DNA of 64,000 nt from an uncultured Maribacter sp. (GTDB lineage Bacteria; Bacteroidota; Bacteroidia; Flavobacteriales; Flavobacteriaceae), in assembly GCF_963977385.1 (NCBI RefSeq), contig NZ_CAXBOU010000008.1, positions 108,619 to 172,618 on the forward strand. Direction: 5' to 3'. Within the stretch, counting starts at the first letter, position 1. The number at the start of each line of letters is the position of its first letter. A program made the position numbers and the translations under genes. A model generated the notes under the pieces. The model searched no databases. It saw only the letters and a list, made by a program, of their open reading frames with translations, and had not been told where the DNA came from. Of the stretch, positions 47,743 to 55,903 are shown piece after piece.

Positions 47743-49053
47743 TTAAACATCTTTGCCCTTCATCATCTTATTCCAATACAAATAAGGAAGGCCATATTTT
47801 TTAAGCATCCATAATCTCCAATGTTCTTTAGAAGAATCAAAGATTAGCATCTGCTTCAGTTTTGGGTCTGGTGTAAAGTTGTTGTCATAATCAAATTCGG
47901 CCAAAACCATTTTACCGTAATCGGTTACTAAAGGGCAAGAAGAATAACCGTTGTAAGATTTAGTTCCCATTTTATGGGTATTTATTAAAAGGTCAATATT
48001 ATCAACTACAATAGGTGCTTACTTACGAATTGCCGCACCTGTTTTGGCTGTTGGCAATGCAGCTACATCTCCTAAGCCAAAAATATTAGAGTATGTATTA
48101 TGTTGCATAGTTTGATGATTTACATCTAACCAGCCCGCAGGGTTTACCAAAGTTGATTCTTTTACAAATTTAGGAGCTATAGAAGGTGGTGCAGTATGTA
48201 ACATATCATAATGAATACCATATCGATTTCCGTCAATAATTACCTTAACATCTTTATAATTGTATTGAAACTTATCGTCTAGTTTTAAGTCATCAACTTT
48301 ATTACTTGAAATTACGACACAACCTCCGGCTGTAATTTCTTGTCCCATTTCATACCATGCAATTTGTTTCTCGCCATCTACAGCGACTAATTTATGGTGA
48401 AATCTTAGGTTAATATCTTTACGGTCTACAACCTCCATTAAGGTTTTGGCTACCTCTTTTACTCCAAAAATAACGGTACCTCCAGTCGCAAATATAACAT
48501 CGGTCTTTTTCCTAACACCACTTTTTCTAAAATGATTATCAGCTAAATACATGATTTTTTGTGGTGCTCCGCCACATTTAATCGGTGTTGTAGGTTGTGT
48601 GAATAATGCGGTGCCTCCCTTGAAGTTTTTAATGACATCCCAAGTATGTTTTGGATTTGTATAATTACTGCACACCACACCTTTATCCATTGCCTCTCCA
48701 AGTCCAGGTACTAAACTAAAATCATAGGCAAGACCTGGGGCAACTACTAAATAATCATAAGTAATATCTCCTTTTAATGAGGTATGAATAATGTTATTTT
48801 CTGGGTCAAAACCTGTTGCCTTGTCCTTTATCCAAGTAGCACCTTTAGGTATAACAGAAGACATTGGTCTGGCAGTTTTTTCAAAATCATATGTACCAGC
48901 ACCTACGAGAGTCCACGCAGGTTGATAATAATGGGTGTCAGCAGGTTCAATAATTGCAACGTCTTTAGCTTTCTTTTGTGTGAGAAGCTGGGCTGCTACC
49001 ATAATACCTGCAGTACCACCTCCAATAATCAATACCTGATGATGTGTGCTCAT
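47743..49053 (-). pseudogene. type II (SQRDL-like) sulfide:quinone oxidoreductase interrupted by a single in-frame TAA
   Basis: ORFs 48019..49053 and 47743..47970 are in the same frame. The only break is the TAA at 48019..48021. The 48 nt between them read through as APIVVDNIDLLINTHK. The downstream part carries the conserved GYSSCPLVT...AEFDY...LYWN C-terminal region. Confidence 0.75.
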
Positions 49054-49107
49054 TTTATAACTATTTTTTAGAATTTAATAAATATAATAGTTATCAATTT
49101 CTAATTA

Positions 49108-49123
49108 TGTAACAAGAGTTACA
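49108..49123 (-). promoter_or_regulatory. CRP/FNR-type box upstream of the interrupted type II SQR
   Basis: Perfect palindrome arms TGTAACAAGAGTTACA. After 21 nt comes the -7-like TATATTTA (49079..49086, minus strand). Confidence 0.7.
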
Positions 49124-49205
49124 TAAGTCAAGTTATATTGAAATAGGTAAATTAAATGATTCTAAAACAAATAGAATTTGTTTTAGAATCATTTAAGAAA
49201 TAGCC

Positions 49206-49412
49206 TTATTTTTTCACCCTGCAGGTATTAGCACCAAACAAAGTATATAATGGACAAAAACTAACAAATGTTGTTAAGATTAATATGGCTGCTACTGCCA
49301 CTACTATATAGCCTAAAGTTCCACCAACAGTATCCGTGTAAAATGTAGTTAAAAGAGCTACGGCTATAAAGAATCTAATAAATCGGTCTGTACTTCCCAT
49401 ATTTTTTTTCAT
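49206..49412 (-). CDS. DUF2892 (YgaP-like) small membrane protein
   Basis: 68 aa. STDRFIRFFIAVALL...FCPLYTLFG is typical of DUF2892. Confidence 0.7.
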   Translation of the reverse strand: MKKNMGSTDRFIRFFIAVALLTTFYTDTVGGTLGYIVVAVAAILILTTFVSFCPLYTLFGANTCRVKK

Positions 49413-49542
49413 GACACTAATTTTTATTTTATGTGTTAAACCGCAAACTGTAATGATGTGTAGGTTATATAGACAAACAGAGTAGCACTATAGTTTTATG
49501 TTAAAGATATACTGCAAAGTAATATTAACCTATCAGCTTAAG

Positions 49543-49558
49543 TATGACATTTGTCATA
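49543..49558 (-). promoter_or_regulatory. CRP/FNR-type box variant (TATGAC-N4-GTCATA)
   Basis: Perfect palindrome arms TATGACATTTGTCATA. After 21 nt comes a weak -7-like TACTTTGC on the minus strand. Lies 131 nt upstream of the DUF2892 ATG. Confidence 0.4.
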
Positions 49559-49588
49559 ATTGAAGCTTAAGATAATAGTAGGTTAATA

Positions 49589-49604
49589 TGTAACAAGAGT
49601 TACA
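49589..49604 (+). promoter_or_regulatory. CRP/FNR-type box upstream of the fatty-acid-hydroxylase-family gene
   Basis: TGTAACAAGAGTTACA, a 16-mer identical to 49108..49123. After 21 nt comes TATATTTA (49626..49633). Confidence 0.7.
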
Positions 49605-49650
49605 GAATTGCTGTTTATTAAAAAGTATATTTACCAAAATCGTAATACGA

Positions 49651-50526
49651 ATGGAAGCATATGTAGATGCATTTTTAAACGCAGTTTCGGGAACATTTAG
49701 TTGGACCTGGAAATCTATTATTTTTAATGTGCCATGGTACCTTAATTACTTTTGGGGCTTAATCTTTATCTCTTTGATAGTTTGGTTTTTAGAAATCGTT
49801 TTTCCTTGGAGAAAGCAACAAGGGGTTTTTAGAAAAGATTTCTGGCTAGATGGTTTTTATATGTTTTTCAACTTCTTTTTATTCGCGATAGCCATTAGTG
49901 GTATTTATAAAATAATAAATGTTTTTTTTGGGGATATAGGTATTACCGCAAATAGTCTGGCGGTTATAAACATATCTCAATGGCCAATGTGGGGTCAGTT
50001 GTTGCTATTTTTTATTGTATTGGATTTTGTACAGTGGTTTACTCATATACTATTACATAAGTATGCTTTTCTATGGAATTTTCATAAGGTACACCATAGT
50101 GTTAAAGAGATGGGATTTGCAGCACATTTACGTTACCATTGGATGGAGAATATATTCTACAAACCCCTGAAGACATTCGGGGTCATGATTCTTGGTGGTT
50201 TTGAACCCGAACAAGCATATATTGTTCATTTTGCAGCCATTGCTATTGGCCATTTTAACCATTCGAATATAAAAATTACATGGGGTCCGTTGAAGTATAT
50301 TTTCAATAACCCTGTAATGCACTTATATCATCATGCTTATGACCTGCCAAAAGGAACTTATGGTGTAAACTTTGGTATCAGTTTAAGTATATGGGATTAT
50401 ATTTTCAAGACCGATTATATACCTGAAGATAGTGGAGATGTAAAGTTAGGTTACCCTGGAGATGAGAATTTACCAAAAGACTTTCTTGGGCAAATGGTAC
50501 ATGGTTTTAAAGGCAAAAAGAAGTAA
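49651..50526 (+). CDS. fatty acid hydroxylase / sterol desaturase superfamily membrane protein
   Basis: 291 aa with four TM helices. Histidine boxes HILLH, HKVHH and HLYHH. Confidence 0.8.
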   Translation: MEAYVDAFLNAVSGTFSWTWKSIIFNVPWYLNYFWGLIFISLIVWFLEIVFPWRKQQGVFRKDFWLDGFYMFFNFFLFAIAISGIYKIINVFFGDIGITANSLAVINISQWPMWGQLLLFFIVLDFVQWFTHILLHKYAFLWNFHKVHHSVKEMGFAAHLRYHWMENIFYKPLKTFGVMILGGFEPEQAYIVHFAAIAIGHFNHSNIKITWGPLKYIFNNPVMHLYHHAYDLPKGTYGVNFGISLSIWDYIFKTDYIPEDSGDVKLGYPGDENLPKDFLGQMVHGFKGKKK

Positions 50527-50551
50527 TTAATTACTTCTTTTTGCCTTTAAA
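50506..50551. terminator. 46-nt perfect palindrome, bidirectional terminator
   Basis: tttaaaggcaaaaagaagtaatt / aattacttctttttgcctttaaa with 23 perfect pairs, centred at 50528/50529. It contains the last codons and the TAA of 49651..50526. Confidence 0.8.
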
Positions 50552-50563
50552 TAAGAGTTGGGT

Positions 50564-50833
50564 TTATTTAGATAATTTTCCAGAAGCACAGCTTACAAAA
50601 GATTTAGCTTTTGATAGTACCGAATTACCTTGATCAATACTTGGGTATCCAATTGACTTTAGCTTATCTTTTACTGTAGTAATAGCCTCTTGATTTGATA
50701 CATCGAACTTTACCGATGACGATTCTACGGATACAGTTACATTTGTTACCGCAGGTAATTCTTCTAATTTAGAGATAACCGTTTTGGCACAGCCGCCACA
50801 CTTTAGATTTTGAATAGGAATTACTGATGTCAT
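50564..50833 (-). CDS. heavy-metal-associated (HMA) domain protein
   Basis: 89 aa. The motif LKCGGCAKTV is the CxxC metal-binding motif at the start of a ferredoxin-like fold. Confidence 0.75.
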   Translation of the reverse strand: MTSVIPIQNLKCGGCAKTVISKLEELPAVTNVTVSVESSSVKFDVSNQEAITTVKDKLKSIGYPSIDQGNSVLSKAKSFVSCASGKLSK

Positions 50834-50839
50834 ATTTTA

Positions 50840-51478
50840 TTATTTTATTTCGTCGTTGAAAGTTATACTCCAAAGACCCCTTACTTCATTTTCTTTATAA
50901 TCAATAGCTTTGTCATAAGGATATTTATCGTTTATGATCTGCATAACCTTTGGGTCTATATTCGATACAGGTGTTCCATGGCAATTTAAGCACATGGTAT
51001 TCGTAATAATAGGAGAATAAAAATTTGTAATGCCATTTTCCGTAGTTAAAATGGGCTCATAAGACTCCTTATTGTTAATTTTTGATTTAAAATATTCAAT
51101 ATACTCAAGCTCTTTTTCATTAGCTTGATTTTCAAGGTTTCTAGGCTTATCGGTTACCCTTCTGATTTTGGCATTGTGTATAATTGCCATGCTATCGGTT
51201 AGTGGACAAGCTTTTTCATTACAAAACTCTACTGCAGCCACAACACCATTTTTCTGTATGTTCGATATGAGGTTTTTACCTAGAACCTTTTGAGTACTTT
51301 GGGCATACATTTTACCTTTTTCCATGAAATACATGTCATCGATATCAGTATTTGCATTCTTGTCATTTTGAATTTTAGATTCATATTGGGGATTATTTAA
51401 CCCCTCTTGTTTAACTTTAGGAGAATCTTTACAACCAAGCATAAAAGCAACTACTAAAAATAGCGCAATATTTTTCAT
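50840..51478 (-). CDS. DUF3365-like haem-c lipoprotein
   Basis: 212 aa with lipobox LGC and a single CxxCH (CLNCH). Contains NKRRVT-like IRRVTDKPRN and a WSITF ending, as in DUF3365/Tll0287-like proteins. Confidence 0.6.
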   Translation of the reverse strand: MKNIALFLVVAFMLGCKDSPKVKQEGLNNPQYESKIQNDKNANTDIDDMYFMEKGKMYAQSTQKVLGKNLISNIQKNGVVAAVEFCNEKACPLTDSMAIIHNAKIRRVTDKPRNLENQANEKELEYIEYFKSKINNKESYEPILTTENGITNFYSPIITNTMCLNCHGTPVSNIDPKVMQIINDKYPYDKAIDYKENEVRGLWSITFNDEIK

Positions 51479-51580
51479 CCGATTAGAATTTTATAGTTTG
51501 CATGATGTATTAAATACAGCTTTCGTATAAGGGTACATTCTATATTTTACCGCGCCCATAAATAGAAATAGTTTCTTGAT

Positions 51581-51925
51581 TTAATTCCAAGAACTATAAC
51601 CGCCTTTTAAATCATATACTTCAAGAAAGCCCATGTTTAATAACTTACGTGCTGCTTTTTGACTTCTGGCTCCTGATCTGCAATAAACATATACCGCCTT
51701 ATTTTTATCTAACTTTTCAAAGAAATTTTTAAAATTGTTAGGGTTAAAAAAATCAATATTAATAGCATTTTTAATATGGCCGCTATTAAATTCAGATGCC
51801 GTTCTAACATCAATAGGTTTTATCTTGTTTGTAATAATGGCCGTTGCATACTCATTCTTTTTCAAAATAGTAATCTGGCCTAAAGTTTCTTTTTTCTTGC
51901 CAAAAATGGCGTCTAAAAATGACAT
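51581..51925 (-). CDS. single-domain rhodanese (sulfurtransferase)
   Basis: 114 aa with active-site loop CRSGARS and the motif DVRTASEFNSGHI. Confidence 0.85.
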   Translation of the reverse strand: MSFLDAIFGKKKETLGQITILKKNEYATAIITNKIKPIDVRTASEFNSGHIKNAINIDFFNPNNFKNFFEKLDKNKAVYVYCRSGARSQKAARKLLNMGFLEVYDLKGGYSSWN

Positions 51926-51960
51926 AATTATTCTGTTTAAAATTAATATTCAATACTAAA

Positions 51961-51990
51961 AGGAAACAGCCTTTTTCAAGACCGTTTCCT
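51961..51990 (-). terminator. weak hairpin between peroxiredoxin and rhodanese genes (attenuator or terminator)
   Basis: aggaaac...gtttcct, a 7-bp stem with a 16-nt loop and a short T-run on the minus strand. Confidence 0.35.
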
Positions 51991-52013
51991 GAACCAACCA
52001 ACCAATAAAAAAT

Positions 52014-52676
52014 TTAATTAAGACTTTTCTTAGCTAGATACCAATCAACTTTTTCTAGGGTATCATCTGCAATTCGAGCATTTAGTTCATCTAAAGTTTT
52101 AGGTGGAGAAACAATTACCTTGTCTCCCTTTTTCCAATCTAATGGCATCGCTACTTTATATTTGTCAGAAGTTTGTAAGGCTTCTAAAGCTCTTAAAATC
52201 TCATTCATATTACGACCTACATTTAAAGGGTAATACATAATTAGACGTATTTTTTTCTTAGGATCAATAAAGAATACTGCCCGTACAGCTGCAGTTTCAC
52301 TTTCATTAGGCTGTAACATTCCGTATTTCTTGGAGACTTTCATATCTATATCTGCTATGATAGGAAAATCGAAATATACCCCTGTATTCTGGCGAACATT
52401 TTGAACCCATCCTAAATGAGCATGAACACTATCTATACTTAGACCAAGAAGTTCTGTGTTAAGTACATCAAATTCTGGTTTACGTACTGCAAAGCCACTC
52501 ATTTCAGTAGTACAAACAGGTGTGAAATCTGCAGGATGCGAGAACATAACTATCCATTTGTTTTTAGCAAAATCTGATAATTTAATTTTTCCTTTTGTAG
52601 TAACAGCCTCAAAATCTGGAGCGATATCTCCAATTCTTGGCATACTGTTCACTTCAATATTATTTATAGTTTCCAT
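52014..52676 (-). CDS. peroxiredoxin (1-Cys/Prx6-like)
   Basis: 220 aa. Contains FSHPADFTPVCTTE with the peroxidatic Cys. The C-terminal extension is typical of the Prx6 subfamily. Confidence 0.9.
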   Translation of the reverse strand: METINNIEVNSMPRIGDIAPDFEAVTTKGKIKLSDFAKNKWIVMFSHPADFTPVCTTEMSGFAVRKPEFDVLNTELLGLSIDSVHAHLGWVQNVRQNTGVYFDFPIIADIDMKVSKKYGMLQPNESETAAVRAVFFIDPKKKIRLIMYYPLNVGRNMNEILRALEALQTSDKYKVAMPLDWKKGDKVIVSPPKTLDELNARIADDTLEKVDWYLAKKSLN

Positions 52677-52722
52677 GTTGTATTAATTTTAATTAAAGGT
52701 ATAACTACACCATAATTACTAC

Positions 52723-52738
52723 AGTAACTCTTGTTACA
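52723..52738 (-). promoter_or_regulatory. CRP/FNR-type box upstream of the prx-rhodanese-DUF3365-HMA unit
   Basis: Gene-oriented TGTAACAAGAGTTACT. After 21 nt comes TACCTTTA (52694..52701, minus strand). Confidence 0.7.
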
Positions 52739-52761
52739 TAGACCATAAAAAATATAAAAAT

Positions 52762-52797
52762 TTAAAAGGTGTATTTCTTAAGAAATACACCTTTTAA
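52762..52797 (-). terminator. rho-independent terminator after the first PDO-rhodanese gene
   Basis: Perfect palindrome ttaaaaggtgtatttctt / aagaaatacaccttttaa. Confidence 0.85.
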
Positions 52798-52865
52798 CAT
52801 CAATCTAAAAAACTAAAACAGTTCTTTAATTTATAGGTAGTTATACTACCAATACTGGGTAATAT

Positions 52866-54275
52866 TTATAATGTAGTAGGACAAATAAACTCAGATACTT
52901 GAATACCAGTTTCTTGTATAGCCTTAAAGCCGTCTTTTACATCAATGAGGTTATGTATACCTCTGCTTTTTAAAATGGAGGAAGCAATCATACTTCTATA
53001 ACCACCGGCACAGTGTACATAAAATATCTTATTTTCAGGAAATTCTGCTAAGTGGTCATTTAGAAAATCTAATGGTGTATTTACAGCTTCTAAAATATGC
53101 TCAGATAGATATTCAGATTCTTTACGTACATCGAACACAGGGGCTTTTTCACTTTCAATAATTTTTTTAAGCTCACTTGCATCGACTTGACTAACGGTAT
53201 CATATTCCATTGCAGCTTTTTTCCATGCCTCAAAACCTCCATCTAAATACCCTAAGGTACCATCGAAACCAACTCTAGAAAGTCGGGTTACTGCTTCCTC
53301 TTCTAATCCTACTGGCGCAACTAATAAAATGGGTTGTTTTACATCAGCGATCAAGGCTCCTACCCAAGGTGCAAAACTACCGTCTAGACCAATAAATATA
53401 GAACGTGGTATATGACCTTTAGCAAAATCATCTTGATGGCGCACATCTAATACAATGGCTCCCGTCTCATTTGCCGCAGCTTCAAAAGCCTTTGGGGAAA
53501 GCGCTCTTGTACCACGCTCCAATACTGTTTTGATATCTTCATAACCCTCTTTGTTCATTTTTACATTTAATGGAAAATACTGGGGCGGTGGAAGTAGACC
53601 ATCAATTACCTCTTCTATGAATTCTTCTTTGGTCATGTCTTTACGTAATGCGTAATTCACTTTCTTTTGGTTACCCAAGGTATCGACAGTTTCTTTCATC
53701 ATATTCTTGCCACAAGCAGAACCAGCACCATGTGCCGGATATACAATTACATCATCTGCTAACGGTATTATTTTTTCACGTAAGCTATCGTATAAATATC
53801 CTGCGAGGTCGCGCTCGGTTAATTCTCCCATTTTTTGGGCTAAATCTGGTCTTCCCACATCTCCAAGAAATAAGGTGTCTCCACTAAAAATAGCGTAGTC
53901 TATACCGTTGGAGTCTTTTAAAAGATAAGTGGTACTCTCCATAGTATGACCTGGGGTATGTAATGCAATAATGGTTACATCGCCCAATTTAAATTCCTGA
54001 TTATCTTTTGCTATAATAGCTTCGAAAGAAGGATTTGCTTTTGGCCCGTAAATAATATCTGCTCCAGTTTCTTTTGCTAAGGTTACATGGCCACTGACAA
54101 AATCGGCATGAAAATGAGTTTCAAAAATATATTTGATTTTTGCATTATCAGATTTCGCTTTATTTATGTAAGGTAACACCTCTCGTAAGGGATCAATTAT
54201 TGCAACCTCTCCATTACTTTCAATGTAATAAGCACCTTGAGCAAGACAGCCAGTATATATTTGTTCAACCTTCAT
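52866..54275 (-). CDS. persulfide dioxygenase (MBL fold) fused to two rhodanese domains (CstB/ETHE1-Rhd-like)
   Basis: 469 aa. Metallo-beta-lactamase motif THFHADFVSGH, HTPGHT, a middle inactive rhodanese and a C-terminal active rhodanese loop HCAGGYRS. Confidence 0.85.
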   Translation of the reverse strand: MKVEQIYTGCLAQGAYYIESNGEVAIIDPLREVLPYINKAKSDNAKIKYIFETHFHADFVSGHVTLAKETGADIIYGPKANPSFEAIIAKDNQEFKLGDVTIIALHTPGHTMESTTYLLKDSNGIDYAIFSGDTLFLGDVGRPDLAQKMGELTERDLAGYLYDSLREKIIPLADDVIVYPAHGAGSACGKNMMKETVDTLGNQKKVNYALRKDMTKEEFIEEVIDGLLPPPQYFPLNVKMNKEGYEDIKTVLERGTRALSPKAFEAAANETGAIVLDVRHQDDFAKGHIPRSIFIGLDGSFAPWVGALIADVKQPILLVAPVGLEEEAVTRLSRVGFDGTLGYLDGGFEAWKKAAMEYDTVSQVDASELKKIIESEKAPVFDVRKESEYLSEHILEAVNTPLDFLNDHLAEFPENKIFYVHCAGGYRSMIASSILKSRGIHNLIDVKDGFKAIQETGIQVSEFICPTTL

Positions 54276-54326
54276 AAGTTCACTTTTAAAATTATGTACA
54301 AAATTAAACCTTGAGATAGTATTGTA

Positions 54327-54342
54327 CAGTAACTTAGGTTAC
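54327..54342 (-). promoter_or_regulatory. CRP/FNR-type box upstream of PDO-rhodanese gene 1
   Basis: Gene-oriented TGTAACCTAAGTTACT. After 20 nt comes TTAATTTG (54299..54306, minus strand; one mismatch to TAnnTTTG). Confidence 0.65.
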
Positions 54343-54356
54343 ACTCGTTACTAGTT

Positions 54357-54391
54357 GCAAAAAAGCCCCGTTTTAAACGGGGCTTTTTTTT
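54357..54391 (-). terminator. rho-independent terminator after PDO-rhodanese gene 2
   Basis: aaaaaagccccg-ttttaaa-cggggctttttttt. Confidence 0.9.
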
Positions 54392-54405
54392 ATCATTTAA
54401 AAAAT

Positions 54406-55821
54406 CTATAATAGGGTAGAGGGACATACATACTCGGACTTCGGAATTGTAGTTTTCGAAATAGCTTCGAAACCGCCTCTAACATCTGTAAAATCTTGCC
54501 ATCCTCTTTGTTTCAGAATAGAAGCGGCAATCATACTACGATAACCACCTGCACAATGAAGAACAAACGGCTTATCTTTTGGAAATTGAGCCAAATGTTG
54601 ATTGATTTCATTTAAGGGAACATTAATTGCCCCAATAACATGCTCTGAATCGTACTCGCTCTTTTTTCTTACATCAATTATTATAGGCTTCTTATTCTTA
54701 TTAAGAGTTTCTAATTCAGGACCATCAATTCTATTGATATCTTCAAAATCTTTTCCAGCGGTTTTCCAAGCATCAAAGCCTCCTTTTAAAAAGCCTACAG
54801 TATTGTCGTAACCCACTCTCGATAATCTTGTAATCGCTTCTTTTTCCTTGTCTTTATAAGTGACTAAAAGTATTTCTTGTTTTATATCAGGTATCATTTC
54901 ACCAACCCATTGGGCAAAACTACCTTCAAGTCCAATATTAATACTGTTAGGGATAAAACCTTTGGCAAAGTCTTCGGCATTTCTGGTATCTAATACTAAA
55001 GCACCGGTTTCGTTTGCAACAGCTTCAAAAGCCTCTGGTGAATATGGTGTGGTAGCCCTATCCATAATTTTATCTAAACTCTCATAGCCTTGAATATTCA
55101 TAAGAACATTTTTTGGAAAATACCCTGGAGGTGCAGTTAAACCTGTCAACAGTTCTTTAATAAACTCATCTTTGGTCATGTCTGGGCGTAAAGCATAATT
55201 TACCTTTTTTTGATGGCCTAAAGTATCTGTAGTTTCTTTACTCATCATTTTACCACAAGCAGAACCTGCACCATGGTTAGGGTAAACTATTAAATCATCA
55301 CTTAAGGGCATTATTCTATTTCGAAGGGAATCGAATAAATATCCGGCTAATTTTTTTTCGGTCAAATCAGCTACAACATGTTGTGCCAAATCTGGTCTGC
55401 CTACATCACCAATAAACAAAGTGTCACCGGTAATAATACCATGTTCGTTTCCATTTTCATCTATTAAAAGATAAGTCGTACTTTCCATAGTGTGACCAGG
55501 AGTATGTATGACTTTTACTTTATAATCACCCACTTCAAATATTTGATTATCAACAGCAATTGTCGCCTCATAGCCAGGTTTTGCGCTTGGACCAAATACA
55601 ATTTCGGCACCTACTTTTTTCTTTAAATCTAAATGACCACTAACAAAATCGGCATGAAAATGAGTTTCAAATACGTACTTGATTTTCGCGTTGTCTTTTT
55701 TAGCACGGTCTAAATAAGGCTGTACTTCGCGTAATGGATCAAACACAGCTGCGACTCCTTTACTTTCAATATAATAAGCGGCATGCGCTAAGCATCCTGT
55801 ATATATTTGTTCTACTTTCAT
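54406..55821 (-). CDS. persulfide dioxygenase-rhodanese fusion, tandem paralogue
   Basis: ORF 54406..55884. I prefer the ATG at 55821 (MKVEQIYTGCLAH...), which aligns with the paralogue's start. Same motifs as the paralogue (THFHADFVSGH, HCAGGYRS). Roughly 60% identical to 52866..54275 by eye. Confidence 0.85.
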   Translation of the reverse strand: MKVEQIYTGCLAHAAYYIESKGVAAVFDPLREVQPYLDRAKKDNAKIKYVFETHFHADFVSGHLDLKKKVGAEIVFGPSAKPGYEATIAVDNQIFEVGDYKVKVIHTPGHTMESTTYLLIDENGNEHGIITGDTLFIGDVGRPDLAQHVVADLTEKKLAGYLFDSLRNRIMPLSDDLIVYPNHGAGSACGKMMSKETTDTLGHQKKVNYALRPDMTKDEFIKELLTGLTAPPGYFPKNVLMNIQGYESLDKIMDRATTPYSPEAFEAVANETGALVLDTRNAEDFAKGFIPNSINIGLEGSFAQWVGEMIPDIKQEILLVTYKDKEKEAITRLSRVGYDNTVGFLKGGFDAWKTAGKDFEDINRIDGPELETLNKNKKPIIIDVRKKSEYDSEHVIGAINVPLNEINQHLAQFPKDKPFVLHCAGGYRSMIAASILKQRGWQDFTDVRGGFEAISKTTIPKSEYVCPSTLL

Positions 55822-55876
55822 GGCGTAATAATTTTTGATTAATACTATAAAATTACTTCTTGTAAGTGTCTTGTAC

Positions 55877-55892
55877 AGTGACATTAGTCACA
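55877..55892 (-). promoter_or_regulatory. CRP/FNR-type box upstream of PDO-rhodanese gene 2
   Basis: Gene-oriented TGTGACTAATGTCACT. After 21 nt comes TAATTTTA (55848..55855, minus strand). Confidence 0.7.
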
Positions 55893-55903
55893 TAAGAAAA
55901 GAA

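Noticed and set aside
51500-51560. TGTATTTAATACA palindrome upstream of the DUF3365 gene.
   Set aside because: It has 5-3-5 geometry rather than the 16-bp box, and no phased -7 element. The gene is more simply explained as part of the prx operon.
55822-55884. N-terminal 21-codon extension of the second PDO-rhodanese ORF.
   Set aside because: The paralogue starts at MKVEQIYTGCLA. In addition, the extension would overlap the predicted -7 box (55848..55855) and the 21-nt spacer, and reach into the operator at 55877..55892.
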